Notes: generated from the sequence alone by a model not told the origin. Counted from the stretch's first letter, positions 27,075 to 39,174 are shown. The stretch is DNA of 64,000 nt from a virus (IMGVR_UViG_3300046171_000216:152-64151); one strand, 5' to 3'. A program made the numbers and translations.

Positions 27075-27511
27075 CCCTCCCCTTCTTCTTTCTTCTTTTT
27101 AGCACCAATATTATATTTCGTTTCTAAAATCCATTCACCTTTATCTTTAAATGATAACACTTTGATTTGATTAAGAGGTGCAATGTCTTGTATACGAACT
27201 ACATCGACCACACCAACCAATCCCCAATCAGCAAGAAGCTGAGCAATACGGTTGCGACGCTGAACATCGTTAGAAGTAAGGTTAGCGTGTTTTCCATCAA
27301 GAGCAAAAAGTTCTTTAAAGTGGACAAGATAATACCTCCCTTGCTTATGAAGTATGTGACAACTTTGATATATTTTCTTTTCTTTCCTACTTGCTACACC
27401 AATTCTTGTGAGAGTTTCTCTGACTTTCAGGAAATCATCTGGTTCATTCAATGTTACCTCCACCATTTGGTCGGGAGACCATGTGACGACAGGTTCTTTA
27501 ACAACACTCAT
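27071..27511 (-). CDS. regA: Translational repressor RegA
   Basis: DFLKVRETLTRIGVA, QSCHILHKQGRYYLVHFKELF. Confidence 0.96.
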   Translation of the reverse strand: MSVVKEPVVTWSPDQMVEVTLNEPDDFLKVRETLTRIGVASRKEKKIYQSCHILHKQGRYYLVHFKELFALDGKHANLTSNDVQRRNRIAQLLADWGLVGVVDVVRIQDIAPLNQIKVLSFKDKGEWILETKYNIGAKKKKEEGEG

Positions 27512-27888
27512 TTCGCTCCTCCAGTATCAAATTTAGATTTTATAAAGTTGAGTTGTTTTTTTGTCAGAATTTTCAAAGCTTGTTTTGCTTTTTCGTTACT
27601 ATAACCATAATAACGTTTCACATAATCAAGGTCTTTAATCATATCCTTACGAAGCCAAGGAGAGAATCTCTTCTTAGTTCTGAGAGTATTTATATAAAAG
27701 TCGTATTGCATCCGCTTTGGTAAGAAATTATACTTATTCATTTCGTTAGCAAAAAGGATTGCATCTAAGTGTCCTGAGAAACAACGATTGATTATGTATG
27801 GTGGATAATCTTTCTCTACTAGAGGATCTTCATCTATTAAATTTTTCTTTGTTTGGTTGATTGAGTTCAACCAGTCTTTCAGTTCCAT
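27508..27888 (-). CDS. 62: Clamp loader small subunit (T4 gp62)
   Basis: Start [11 protein letters not shown]; [13 protein letters not shown] and YYGYS; position before regA. Confidence 0.9.
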   Translation of the reverse strand: MELKDWLNSINQTKKNLIDEDPLVEKDYPPYIINRCFSGHLDAILFANEMNKYNFLPKRMQYDFYINTLRTKKRFSPWLRKDMIKDLDYVKRYYGYSNEKAKQALKILTKKQLNFIKSKFDTGGAK

Positions 27889-30637
27889 CTTCATTATCAA
27901 AATAGTTTTCACAAGAGCAGACAAGATTACGATCTCCATAAACATTGTCAATTCGTGATATCGCTGGCCAAAACTTATTTGTTTGATTGGCAGGATACGC
28001 TGCTTCATCACGACTATAATTATACACCCATTCATCTGAACTTACAACCTTTGCTGTATGGGGTGCGTTTTTCAAGATATCTTTATTCTTATCAATCTCT
28101 CTTCGGATACTTACCATTGCTGAACCAAATCTTTCAAGTTCTTCTAATGATTCACTTTCAGTTGGTTCTACCATTACTGTTCCTGTAACTGGCCAAGATA
28201 ATGTAGGTGCGTGAAAACCATAATCCATCAATCTCTTTGCCACATCTTCAGCACTAATACCATCAAAATATCGAACATCAAATATACATTCGTGTGCCAC
28301 TCTATCGTTTGCACCTTTATATAATACTTTGAAGAATGGTTCAATACGATGCACTAACCAGTTTGCAGTAAGTAAAGATATTTCACTTGCCTTTCTTAAT
28401 CCATCAGCACCCATCATTCTTATATACATCCAACTGATTGGAAGTATAGATGCACTACCTTGAATTGCTGCTGATACTCGATGGTTCATAAAAGGAACAA
28501 GATGTTCTGCAACACCAATAGGACCAACACCAGGACCACCACCACCGTGAGGAATACAGAATGTCTTATGTAAATTCATATGGCATACATCAATACCATA
28601 CTCACAAGGTTTTGCTAATCCGACTTGTGCATTTAGATTTGCACCATCAAGATATACCTGTCCACCACTCTCGTGAACAATTTTACAAATGTCCTTAATG
28701 GTTGGTTCAAATACACCGTGAGTTGATGGATATGTAATCATAATACAAGACAACTCAAGACAGTTCATAAGTGCTTGCTTTTCTAAATCCTTTAAATCTA
28801 TATTACCTTCTTCATCACATTTAACAGGAACAATCTTCATACCTGCCATCACTGCTGATGCAGGATTAGTTCCGTGTGCACTTGTAGGTATCAAACATAC
28901 ATTTCTTTTTGTATCACCATTACTTCTGTGATATTCTTGTATTGCAAGTAAACCTGCATACTCTCCCTGTGAACCTGCATTTGGTTGTAATGATACTTCT
29001 TCAAATCCAGTAATATCACATAACCATTCTTGTAAATCAAACATAATTCTTTGGTATCCAAGAGTTTGATTTTCTGGTGCGAATGGATGCATATTCGCAA
29101 ACTCATTCCAACTTACAGGCATAAGTTCTGATGCTGCATTTAATTTCATAGTACAACTTCCAAGTGGCATCATACCATTTACTAATGAGAAATCTTTTGA
29201 TACTAACTCATTAATGTATCTCATCATATTAGTTTCACTTTGATACTTATTGAAAACATCTTGTCTTAACCAAGGTTGTGTTCTCTCTGGAATATCTTTC
29301 CACTTGTATCTACCAACTGACTCAACAATATGATCAATACTATCACTTTTGTTTACTAAATCTTGTTGTGAATTAAGAATATCTTTTATCTCATCAAGAG
29401 TCGTAAGTTCATCTAAAGTAATGATAGTATGGTCATCTTCATAACGAACATTGTATCCTTCAACAGTAAGAAAACTTCTGAATCGCACTGTATCAAAACC
29501 TTCAGTATCATCTACCTCAATACCTAACCAGAATAATCCTTTTCTTAATATTTCACGATAAGTTAGAATACGATTTGCAATTCTTTTGAGTCCTTCTGCT
29601 CCGTGATATGCAGCATAAAATCCTGCCATATTTGCAAGTAGTGCTTGTGCTGTGCATATGTTAGATGTTGCCTTATCTCTTCTTATATGCTGCTCTCTAG
29701 TCTGTAGTGCCAATCGTAGTGCTTTGTTACCTTGAGCGTCTACAGACTGTCCTACTATCCTACCAGGTATTTTTCTTTTATACTTATCTGTTGTTGCAAA
29801 GAATGCTGCGTGTGGACCACCAAATCCCATTGGTACACCAAATCTTTGCATACTACCAACTGCAACATCAAAACCCATTTCACCTACAGGTTGCATAAGA
29901 ACCTGTGCTAATGGATCGACAATTGCAATCTTCATACACTTACAAACTTCTGCTAATCTTAATACTCCATCACGATGTCTTAAATTACCGTGACTATTTG
30001 GTAATTGTACAATGACTCCAAATGCATCAGAAAAGAAAGCGATTGGTATTGAACCATCAAAATCAATTTTAATGATATTAATTCCTAGTGGTCTTGCTCT
30101 TGTTTGTAATACTTCTAGTGTTTGTGGGAATATTTTATCATCAACTATAAAATCTTTCTTCTTACTTTGACTATGTGCAAGTAACATTGCTTCTGCTGCT
30201 GCAGTTCCTTCATCTAACAATGATGCATTTGCAACTGGTAATCCAGTAAGTTCTGTAATTAATGTTTGATAATTAAATAATGCTTCTAATCTACCCTGTG
30301 ATATCTCTGCCTGGTATGGAGTATAAGATGTATACCAAGCAGGATTTTCAAATACATTACGAAGAATTACTGATGGTGTAATTGTGCCATAGTATCCTTG
30401 ACCTATCAAACTTCTCTTAACAACATTATGACTTGCAATATCTTTTAATTCTGTAAGTGCCTGTTGCTCACTACATCCTTCTGGTAATTTACTATCACCA
30501 CGAAGTAAAATTGAATCAGGAACAATCTCTCTGACCAATTCATCTATAGTTGATAGACCAAGATCAGCAAGCATTTTGCGTTGTTCTGATTCTGATGGTC
30601 CGATATGACGTTGAATAAATTCTGACATATTACCCAT
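27830..30637 (-). CDS. gcvP: Glycine dehydrogenase (decarboxylating), glycine cleavage P protein
   Basis: [38 protein letters not shown]-lysine motif [20 protein letters not shown] and GDRNLVC. Confidence 0.97.
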   Translation of the reverse strand: MGNMSEFIQRHIGPSESEQRKMLADLGLSTIDELVREIVPDSILLRGDSKLPEGCSEQQALTELKDIASHNVVKRSLIGQGYYGTITPSVILRNVFENPAWYTSYTPYQAEISQGRLEALFNYQTLITELTGLPVANASLLDEGTAAAEAMLLAHSQSKKKDFIVDDKIFPQTLEVLQTRARPLGINIIKIDFDGSIPIAFFSDAFGVIVQLPNSHGNLRHRDGVLRLAEVCKCMKIAIVDPLAQVLMQPVGEMGFDVAVGSMQRFGVPMGFGGPHAAFFATTDKYKRKIPGRIVGQSVDAQGNKALRLALQTREQHIRRDKATSNICTAQALLANMAGFYAAYHGAEGLKRIANRILTYREILRKGLFWLGIEVDDTEGFDTVRFRSFLTVEGYNVRYEDDHTIITLDELTTLDEIKDILNSQQDLVNKSDSIDHIVESVGRYKWKDIPERTQPWLRQDVFNKYQSETNMMRYINELVSKDFSLVNGMMPLGSCTMKLNAASELMPVSWNEFANMHPFAPENQTLGYQRIMFDLQEWLCDITGFEEVSLQPNAGSQGEYAGLLAIQEYHRSNGDTKRNVCLIPTSAHGTNPASAVMAGMKIVPVKCDEEGNIDLKDLEKQALMNCLELSCIMITYPSTHGVFEPTIKDICKIVHESGGQVYLDGANLNAQVGLAKPCEYGIDVCHMNLHKTFCIPHGGGGPGVGPIGVAEHLVPFMNHRVSAAIQGSASILPISWMYIRMMGADGLRKASEISLLTANWLVHRIEPFFKVLYKGANDRVAHECIFDVRYFDGISAEDVAKRLMDYGFHAPTLSWPVTGTVMVEPTESESLEELERFGSAMVSIRREIDKNKDILKNAPHTAKVVSSDEWVYNYSRDEAAYPANQTNKFWPAISRIDNVYGDRNLVCSCENYFDNEDGTERLVELNQPNKEKFNR

Positions 30638-30797
30638 TCACCATTTCATCATCCATAGTTTTATTTCGGATGACAATTGTATTACTATCATAGTCAGGAT
30701 AAAATTCAATTATATCCTCGGTGTCCCAACACATTTCCTCATAAAGCATATTGAGTTTTTGCATGTCTTGGTACATATCTGATGGTCTTTCATCCAT
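30630..30797 (-). CDS. Small acidic hypothetical protein (55 aa, not in the ORF track)
   Basis: [36 protein letters not shown]...; abuts the dam stop. Confidence 0.6.
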   Translation of the reverse strand: MDERPSDMYQDMQKLNMLYEEMCWDTEDIIEFYPDYDSNTIVIRNKTMDDEMVNG

Positions 30798-31656
30798 TTA
30801 AAAAATTCCTAGTTTGTAATTAAAAAGAAGTAATTCCTTTCTAGTCTTTTGATTTCTCATATACTCTCCGACAGAACGCATTGTATATGTTAAATCAAAT
30901 TCAGCAACATTCCAATTTGTAAATCTATCTTTTACTAACTGGTCTGAATTATAACTTATAAGCATTTCAGAATTATATATTTCACAAGCTTTTGCAAAAT
31001 TATCGTGGTCAAACTTTTTATGCATTGAACCCTTTCTACCATACAAATTATCCTTAATATCGTATGGTGGGTCAAGATAAATAAATGTTTTTTCTTTATC
31101 TCCTAACAAATGACGATAATCAACATTTGTAATATACCAGTCCTTCAATCAGTTTACTGTAAACTGGTAATTTATCAATACCTCTCATTGAGAAGTTTGC
31201 ATCACTAGCTTGTTCAGAAAATGATGATGATTCAGTAAGACCACTGAAAGAACATTTGTTTATAATGTAAAAACAAACTGCACGGTCTTTATCTATAATA
31301 TCAAGGTCATATAATTTTTCTTTTGCATCTTCAAACAATCCTCTTGCAGAAGCACGATCAGGAAATCTTGATTTTAATTGGTGCAATTCACTATGAACAT
31401 AATCTCCATTGACCTGTAACTGTAACCAGAAATTATATAATGGTTCATACAAATCATTAACTACAATCTTTAGTTTTGGATACTTCTTTGTAATGTGTAA
31501 TGCAACACTTCCACCACCTAAAAATGGTTCATAGTAAACTTCATAATCTCTTAAGTCTGGAATATATGGTTCCATCTTTTTGCAAGCACGAGACTTGCCA
31601 CCAGGATAACGAAGTGGTGTCTTATATGATTTAAGTGATTTAATCGTCGTGGTCAT
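30798..31656 (-). CDS. dam: DNA adenine methyltransferase (one frameshift near 31143)
   Basis: PLRYPGGKS and YEPFLGGGS in 31120..31656; YLDPPY and ELL in 30798..31148. Confidence 0.9.
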
Positions 31657-31786
31657 CCCAAGGGTCAGTTAAATTTTCATTATCAAAGAATCCCTTGTAC
31701 ACACCATATGCTGCTAACAAAACAGTAATGACTGCAATTGATATACCAAAGGTAAAATCAGGATTTAAATTAAGATGCGGAATCAA
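31640..31786 (-). CDS. psbN: Photosystem II assembly factor PsbN (48 aa, not in the ORF track)
   Basis: TTG start after GGAGG; one TM helix then GVYKGFFDNENLTDPWDDHDD*, matching the PsbN LxDP(F/W)(E/D)(E/D)H(E/D)D terminus. Confidence 0.85.
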   Translation of the reverse strand: MIPHLNLNPDFTFGISIAVITVLLAAYGVYKGFFDNENLTDPWDDHDD

Positions 31787-32007
31787 TATATAATTCCTCC
31801 ACCTGTTCTTCTCTGTCTTAATTCTTCAAGTTCAATTTTAATCTCAATTATTTCAGTAAGGTCGTTTACTGAATTAGACATCGATTGATATCCCGCACCA
31901 ACAAAGATTTGTCCTGCCATTACTGCAACAGTGCAAGCACCCCAGAACAAATAGTATTGATAAGATTTTATTTGTGCTTTAGTTTTAGCAAAAGTTGATT
32001 TAGTCAT
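31783..32007 (-). CDS. Hypothetical single-TM protein
   Basis: YLFWGACTVAVMAGQIFVGAGY hydrophobic segment. Confidence 0.65.
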   Translation of the reverse strand: MTKSTFAKTKAQIKSYQYYLFWGACTVAVMAGQIFVGAGYQSMSNSVNDLTEIIEIKIELEELRQRRTGGGIIY

Positions 32008-32291
32008 TATATAATTAATTTTTTAGTAGGTGTTGATAACTTACCAAACATAGTATTATATTGTTCGATAATTTCTTCTTGAGGATTTCCTTCATACACA
32101 ACGTATTTTTTAGTAACTTCAATTTTATCTTTTTGAAGTAAAGGAGACCAAGGAGCAAAAGCAATTCTTCCCTCTTGTGGAGAAGGAACTGCTACGATTG
32201 GATTTTCGATTACATAAGAATCATTTGTTTCTTCAACGATGTCGGTGATTACATCTTCACCAGACCACATACGAATTAGTTTTACAGTCAT
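32007..32291 (-). CDS. Hypothetical protein, Sm-like pattern
   Basis: VKLIRMWSGEDVI...IENP...FAPWSP. Confidence 0.65.
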   Translation of the reverse strand: MTVKLIRMWSGEDVITDIVEETNDSYVIENPIVAVPSPQEGRIAFAPWSPLLQKDKIEVTKKYVVYEGNPQEEIIEQYNTMFGKLSTPTKKLII

Positions 32292-32310
32292 TTAAATTTC
32301 CATTAATAGT

Positions 32311-32339
32311 ATTTTAGCAAGTAAACATTAAAAAGTCAA
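32311..32339 (-). promoter_or_regulatory. Sigma70-type promoter
   Basis: TTGACT-N17-TAAAAT with TGn extension, upstream of the psbN-dam-gcvP island. Confidence 0.65.
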
Positions 32340-32762
32340 TTATTCAAAAGGTAAGTGTGGTCTTTTGAATTTTATTCTAAACTTTCTTAAAAATATATCA
32401 AGTGCAAAGTCTCCTCCACCATAACAAAGGACGCAGAATGCACCACCAAAGTATAGTATTAAAAGTTCGAGTAAGTAAATATTAAAACCTGATGTGGCAA
32501 CTGCGTGATATATTGCAACTGATATTGTCCCAACAATAGATAATGCACCAAGTCTTGTAAGCAATCCAATAATTATTAACCAACTACCATATATTTCAGA
32601 GTATGCAGCAATATATGATAAGAAAATTGGAAAAGGTAATCCAAGAGGTTTTACAAAAGCATTTGCAAAATTTTCTATATCTGCTGTTTTTTCATATCCG
32701 TGATGTATCAACATAGTTCCTATTGATAATCTTAAAATTAATAAACCAAAAGATTTAATCAT
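32340..32762 (-). CDS. DoxX family membrane protein
   Basis: LLILRL...HGYEK...E..G...IIGLLTR...GGGDFALD. Confidence 0.85.
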   Translation of the reverse strand: MIKSFGLLILRLSIGTMLIHHGYEKTADIENFANAFVKPLGLPFPIFLSYIAAYSEIYGSWLIIIGLLTRLGALSIVGTISVAIYHAVATSGFNIYLLELLILYFGGAFCVLCYGGGDFALDIFLRKFRIKFKRPHLPFE

Positions 32763-33702
32763 TTGAATTCACACTCCACCATAATTTCTGTTAACGCTGC
32801 CAAAAGATTAATTTCTTGATCTGCGACGAACGCAATTTGATACTGATATTTTGCAATAATAAGGACAGCAGCAGGTATAGTGCTATGCTCCAAGGAATCA
32901 TATAAGCTATCGTAAATACGACGCAATAACATAGAAGTGTCGTTGTCCAAGTTGGAAACAACCCACTTACGAACTTCCGAAAAGTTTTTTTGTTTGAGAC
33001 TTTTAATGAGATCATTTACTGCAACATCTGAGAAAACTGCTAATATACCACTATCTATTTTTCCACTTACTGAGTATCTCTGACACTCATTTAATACTCT
33101 TCTCCAATCAGGGAAAATGACTATTAATTAATTGTGCTACAACTTTTTTATCTGCCTCTATCTTTTCTTGTTCAAGAATATTTGTAAGTCTTGAAAAGAA
33201 TTGTGCTGCTATTGTTGGTTTGTCTCTTTTGTGTATAGAGAAATCAACAACGCTGCACCGAGAATGGAGTGGCTCAATAATCTTGTTTTTGTAGTTGCAG
33301 GTAAAGATAAACCTACAGTTTTTTGAGAACTCCTCAATAGACGCTCTGAGAAGGAGCTGTACATCGGAAGTGGTATTGTCTGCTTCATCAATGATGATGA
33401 CTTTATGTTTCGACTCACTTGTAAGAGAGACGGTAGATGCGAAGTTCTTTGCGTTGTTCCGAACAGTGTCCAGAAAACGTCCTTCATCCGATCCATTAAT
33501 GACATAGTAATCTGCTCCTAAGTTGATTACACAATGCTTTTGCTACTGTGGTCTTACCAATACCTGGTGGACCTGACAATAACATATTTGATATCTCACC
33601 TCTTTCAACAAAATCTTGAAATGTTTTCTTGATACTCTTTGGTAGAATACACTCATCAATTGTCTTGGGTCTGTATTTTTCAACCCATATAAAATCACTC
33701 AT
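32759..33702 (-). CDS. 44: Clamp loader large subunit (T4 gp44), several frameshifts
   Basis: WVEKYRP, GPPGIGKTT, IIIDEAD, PLHSRC, PDWRRVLNECQ and ADQEINL spread over successive frames. Confidence 0.92.
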
Positions 33703-33927
33703 TATTTAAAACCTTTTGATTTTGGTTTTGGTTTATCGAAGTACATGAATAACTGTTCCTTCAAACCAAGGTGAATTGCAGTTATTCCACCAATATTCCT
33801 GTACCTCCTCCCAAGATTCTACCACAAAAGATTTAGTTTGACAAACTATTCGATAATGATGGCGATCATAAGGTTCATCAGAAGTTTGAGAAAAATATCT
33901 TGGGTCATCTTTAGCAATTAATTGCAT
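33702..33927 (-). CDS. Hypothetical protein (probable frameshift near 33738)
   Basis: FSQTSDEPYDRHHY...YWWN; tail DKPKPKSKGFK* in the adjacent frame. Confidence 0.6.
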
Positions 33928-34395
33928 TTTCTTTTGCCCTCCATTCTTTTCTCATTCTAACATAAACATCGCTTTTCGCAACAATGTCACGAACTTTTTT
34001 AAATACTCTTGCAGATTCAGCATATTTACTTGATAGATTATCTTCTTCTTGAGGTAATACTTCTTTAGTTCCTTTTTTGTATTTCTACCAGAGTTATGAT
34101 TCGCATATCTTCTTGCTCTAGTAAATCCCATTTCTAAAAATTTACGACACATATCCATACCAATGAAGTCTCCTTCATCACGATAATCAAGATACAATGA
34201 GAAAATTTTGTTAGAAGATATTATTGCTTCTCTAGGAGTTTTAAATCTCCAATGATTACAAATAGTGTGAGTATAAGGGCGAACCAGTAGAACTCCTTGC
34301 TCTCCCCTTCCAATACGATAAAGTTCACGAGTTTCCGTATCTGTAAAATTAAGTTTTTTGTAATCGAGGTCATAGTCAAATTCTTTCATAGCCAA
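33911..34395 (-). CDS. DUF4385-like protein (frameshift near 34080)
   Basis: YRIGRGEQGVLLVRPY, WRFKTP and GMDMCRKFLEMGFTRARRYANH. Confidence 0.8.
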
Positions 34396-34920
34396 TTTGG
34401 TTTTTTGGATGGGTCACGTAAATAATTAGATGCAGCCCAAGGTTTGGACGATAATGTAACGTTTGTAAGCAGTAAGAGTGTCAATGCTTGTGTCATATTT
34501 AAAGACATCAGGGACCTGCGAATGCGAATGGTGTTGCTTCTCTGTGGCATAGTAATGTCTTCCTGTTTTTTCTTCAAACACTTTTTCTGCTGCATTCATT
34601 GCAGTTTGACAAGAGTGTACTTTACCATACCTATGAGTATACTCTTCAAGTAATCCAAAACCGTGTTGAATTAACCACGCAGTGTTTGCAATACTTTCTG
34701 CTGCCCAGATAGTGCAAGGATGTCCTCTGAAAGCACCTTTCTCTGTGTTGTATGGTGTTCCGTCTTTCTTGGGTAATAAATCATTACCCCAATCATAATA
34801 CCATTTAGAAAAAACTACTGCCAACATCTGGCAAGTTTCTAATGGCATTTTGACAATGTGTTTATCAGGTAGAACCTCTGCTGATAAATTAGGGTCAGGG
34901 TCTGTTACAAAAATATTCAT
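34386..34920 (-). CDS. Pyrimidine-dimer DNA glycosylase/DenV-related protein (frameshifted 3' part)
   Basis: MNIFVT...DKHIVKMPLETCQML...HPCTIWA...EYTHRYGKVH; tail SKPWAASNYLRDPSKKPNWL in another frame. Confidence 0.7.
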
Positions 34921-34924
34921 AATC

Positions 34925-35092
34925 CTAAAAAGTTTTAGGGTGAGTATTGATGTCGCCATTATCAATAGTGGCATGGTCTACATGATCAATATGCTCAATG
35001 TGTCCATGATCGATATTGATATGTGCACCAGTTTCTAGAATGGTTGCAATTCTTTCAAGTGCATCTGCGATGCGGTCAGCAGGTGTGTTCAT
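34925..35092 (-). CDS. Small His-rich protein (55 aa, not in the ORF track)
   Basis: MNTPADRIADALERIATILETGAHINIDHGHIEHIDHVDHATIDNGDINTHPKTF*. Confidence 0.65.
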   Translation of the reverse strand: MNTPADRIADALERIATILETGAHINIDHGHIEHIDHVDHATIDNGDINTHPKTF

Positions 35093-35112
35093 AATAATAA
35101 TTTCGTACTCTT

Positions 35113-35141
35113 ATTATAACAGAATATTTATTATTTGCCAA
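35113..35141 (-). promoter_or_regulatory. Sigma70-type promoter
   Basis: TTGGCA-N17-TATAAT with TGn extension. Confidence 0.65.
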
Positions 35142-35143
35142 TA

Positions 35144-35404
35144 TTAATTAACAATTTCTTCCAAATCATATTCCCAATCTTCTATTACAATATTAGCAAA
35201 CAATCTATCACTAAGTAAATCTAATTGTTCCTCTGCTTTATCTCTACTCTCTGCATCAAAAGTTAATTCAATGAGTTTATTAATTCTTAAACTATCTACA
35301 GTAATATCAGATGCAACTCTATTTACATTAGCTCTTACAGCATTTCCTGCAGCATCAGATACTGACGCTCTTAATCTAATATAAACCTTTGCTTTAAATT
35401 TCAC
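35144..35404 (-). CDS. purS: FGAM synthase subunit PurS
   Basis: FKAKVYIRLRASVSDAAGNAV...K.IEL...DRLFANIVIEDW. Confidence 0.85.
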   Translation of the reverse strand: MKFKAKVYIRLRASVSDAAGNAVRANVNRVASDITVDSLRINKLIELTFDAESRDKAEEQLDLLSDRLFANIVIEDWEYDLEEIVN

Positions 35405-35694
35405 CCTATGTCCTCTGGTGCAGGTATGCCTTTACTCTCTATAAAAGTTTTCATATATTCTTCTCTACCATCTTTAGTAAACATCTTCTTCTCATAGTCA
35501 AAGTAAGGATGTGGTTGGGCATTTTCAAAAGGGTTCTTAGATACATTTTTAAGAACAATAAATTTATCCTTTGCAAAAGTTCCTGCAACCTGTACTTCGA
35601 TATTATCACCATCTTTCCAGTTTATTTGACCTTTCAGATTAGTATGAAGCATAGCTTCTTGTATCTGGTCAATAAGTTCTTGTGTGAGTTTCAT
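35401..35694 (-). CDS. Hypothetical protein
   Basis: 97-aa coupled ORF. Confidence 0.65.
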   Translation of the reverse strand: MKLTQELIDQIQEAMLHTNLKGQINWKDGDNIEVQVAGTFAKDKFIVLKNVSKNPFENAQPHPYFDYEKKMFTKDGREEYMKTFIESKGIPAPEDIG

Positions 35695-35915
35695 TAATCA
35701 AATATTCCGTATTGTGTTAGATCGTATTTTACTTTAGCAATACCTTCTTCTTTCACTCTATTAGGTTGTCCTATTTTTGCTAGAATATCAGCAGGTATTT
35801 TCTTTTTAGTAATGTCATAGGGTATAGGTGCGTTTGCTACACATACCCTTACACATTCTAATTCTTCATCAGTCAATGGTATCATTGTCCAATCGATTTT
35901 ATCCATATCAACCAA
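35694..35915 (-). CDS. Hypothetical protein
   Basis: 73-aa coupled ORF. Confidence 0.6.
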   Translation of the reverse strand: MVDMDKIDWTMIPLTDEELECVRVCVANAPIPYDITKKKIPADILAKIGQPNRVKEEGIAKVKYDLTQYGIFD

Positions 35916-36573
35916 ATGTTGAATCTGGTTCTAATGCTATAAAGTACTTAAGATTATATTGCTTATTTGTAAACTCGGAAAGTAATTTAGATGAAATTAC
36001 TACATCATATGCACCAGGTATAATTTTAATATTTTCTACCTTAAAGTTAAATTCAAAAGTCTGGTCTGTCTCTCCAACATAAACTGCATATTCATTCGAT
36101 GTATCATTCTTCTTATCACGAACAACCATATGAATATCTCCATCTTTACCTAGAACAGATAAGTCAGGTAGTTGATATACTGCTGCTGCCTTTACAAGTT
36201 TTTCTAATGAAGTACTTTCTAATTGAAAAGTTACTTCTTGAGTAGGTAAATTAATCTCCTTATCTGGTGGAGCAATAATTACCTGTGGGTCTGCATAAAA
36301 ATACTTGACTCTTCTTTTACCTTCTTCAATTGAAATGTATGCATCTTTTGAGAAGTCAAGATTAGGGTCTTGATGTAAACTTAATCCATTTAAGAACTGA
36401 TTGAGATCATATATTGCAACGTCTCTAGGAAAGTCCTCTGGAATATCTGCTTCAGCAAGAATATTCTTTGCAACTGATATTGTGCGAAGTTGGTTCCCTT
36501 CTTTAACAAGAATTGAATTATTAATTCCTGCAAAGTTTTTAAGAACTGTAAGTGTACTGTCTGATAATTTCAT
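35908..36573 (-). CDS. 45: Sliding clamp (T4 gp45)
   Basis: MKLSDSTLTVLKNFAGINNSI, IYDLNQFL and YFIALE. Confidence 0.95.
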   Translation of the reverse strand: MKLSDSTLTVLKNFAGINNSILVKEGNQLRTISVAKNILAEADIPEDFPRDVAIYDLNQFLNGLSLHQDPNLDFSKDAYISIEEGKRRVKYFYADPQVIIAPPDKEINLPTQEVTFQLESTSLEKLVKAAAVYQLPDLSVLGKDGDIHMVVRDKKNDTSNEYAVYVGETDQTFEFNFKVENIKIIPGAYDVVISSKLLSEFTNKQYNLKYFIALEPDSTFG

Positions 36574-36584
36574 GAAATGCATAA

Positions 36585-37818
<1,234 letters not shown>

Positions 37819-37822
<4 letters not shown>

Positions 37823-37980
37823 CTTAAAAAAATAATTAAACTACGAGTTAGCATAACTGCAAATGTAACAAGATAAATCCATAGTAAAGTCATACTAATT
37901 CTGTTTTCTAGATTACCTCTGCGATATCTGACTGGGGCAGGATTGTCCCAACCAGAACGCAAATAGGTATTTGGATTCAA
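37819..37980 (-). CDS. Small membrane protein (not in the ORF track)
   Basis: TTG start overlapping the upstream stop; C-terminal LLWIYLVTFAVML. Confidence 0.5.
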
Positions 37981-39083
37981 TTCTCTTTCTCTTCATTAGT
38001 CTCAGGCATTTCAAAGTCTGCATCTACTTTATCATATAATTCCATAAATGATTGCTTTGTTTCATCATCGAAACGATTGATACAAACTTGAATTGCTTTT
38101 GCTTTGTTCTTAAAGATAGAGAAAGCACGAACGATGTGAACAAGTCTACGAGTGCTGATTAAGTCTTCGATACCACCATCATAGAATGTCTTACGAATAA
38201 TGTCTGCCCAATCTACAAGTTTCTTGATAAACTCAGCATCTTTAACACCAATTCTATCTGCATGTAGTCCAAGTAATTTGATTTCATTGTTCACACTTGG
38301 ATATGATTGCTCAAATGTTACTGGGAATCTTTCGAGGAAGGCTTCATTAAGCACGTTAGTTCCAATAAATCTTCCGTCGTCTGAACCCTTACCTTTAGTA
38401 TTTGCGGTGGCGAGTATGTTGAATCCTCTAGCTGGCTTAACGAATCTTCCAATTTTTTTAAGAAAAACTCCATTTCCCTCAAGGACTGATTGAAGGCAGA
38501 GAATCTTGTTAGAGGCAAGGTCGATTTCGTCAAGGAGCAAGATTGCACCTCGCTCAAGTGCTTCGATGACTGGGCCATTGTGCCATACTGTGGCACCATC
38601 AACAAGACGGAAACCGCCAATAAGATCGTCTTCATCTGTTTCAATAGTAATGTTTACACGGATAAGTTCTCTACCTAACTGAGCACAAGCTTGTTCTACA
38701 GAGAATGTTTTACCATTACCAGATAATCCAGTAATGAATGTTGGATAGAATTGTTTTGATTGTATTACTTTCTTTACATCATTGAAGTTTCCAAACTTGA
38801 AGAATGTTTCGTCAATTGCAGGAACTAAGTTCTTTTCAGATGCAGGTAATACTGCAGGAGATTGGAATGTTCTTTCAATCTGCTCTACATCTTTTTGTGT
38901 GACTTCAAGATTCCACTTACCTTTTGATACTTTGAAACTTGCTAGTTTCTTAGTAACTGTTTGATAAGTAATATCATTCATTGCACAGAATGCTTTGATA
39001 TCTGCTGTTGTAATCTCAGTACCGTATAGGTTCTTAAGTTTTTCGATTGCTTGCTCGGAAGTCATTTTAGTTTCAAAGGGCAT
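37977..39083 (-). CDS. cobS: CobS-like MoxR AAA+ ATPase
   Basis: GLSGNGKT, LLLDEID, ATANTKG, AFLERF and STRRL. Confidence 0.9.
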   Translation of the reverse strand: MPFETKMTSEQAIEKLKNLYGTEITTADIKAFCAMNDITYQTVTKKLASFKVSKGKWNLEVTQKDVEQIERTFQSPAVLPASEKNLVPAIDETFFKFGNFNDVKKVIQSKQFYPTFITGLSGNGKTFSVEQACAQLGRELIRVNITIETDEDDLIGGFRLVDGATVWHNGPVIEALERGAILLLDEIDLASNKILCLQSVLEGNGVFLKKIGRFVKPARGFNILATANTKGKGSDDGRFIGTNVLNEAFLERFPVTFEQSYPSVNNEIKLLGLHADRIGVKDAEFIKKLVDWADIIRKTFYDGGIEDLISTRRLVHIVRAFSIFKNKAKAIQVCINRFDDETKQSFMELYDKVDADFEMPETNEEKEN

Positions 39084-39117
39084 AATAATAAAAGGTTTGT
39101 TTCTTAACTATACCTAT

Positions 39118-39174
39118 ATTATAGTTAAAAAAAAGGGGTCGGTAAACCCCTTGTGTGCCAGTTTGTCAACTGGT
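39118..39174 (-). promoter_or_regulatory. Non-canonical promoter module (inverted repeat, GC hairpin, TATAAT)
   Basis: CCAGTT-GACA-AACTGG-CAC, then GGGGT/ACCCC hairpin with T-run, then TATAAT. Confidence 0.6.

Noticed and set aside
27889-28035. N-terminal extension of gp62
   Set aside because: It lies in an alternative frame of gcvP; gp62-like sequence begins at MELKDW (27888)
37977-39083. Cobalamin biosynthesis function for cobS
   Set aside because: No cobN or other cob genes are present; the context fits a MoxR-vWA pair
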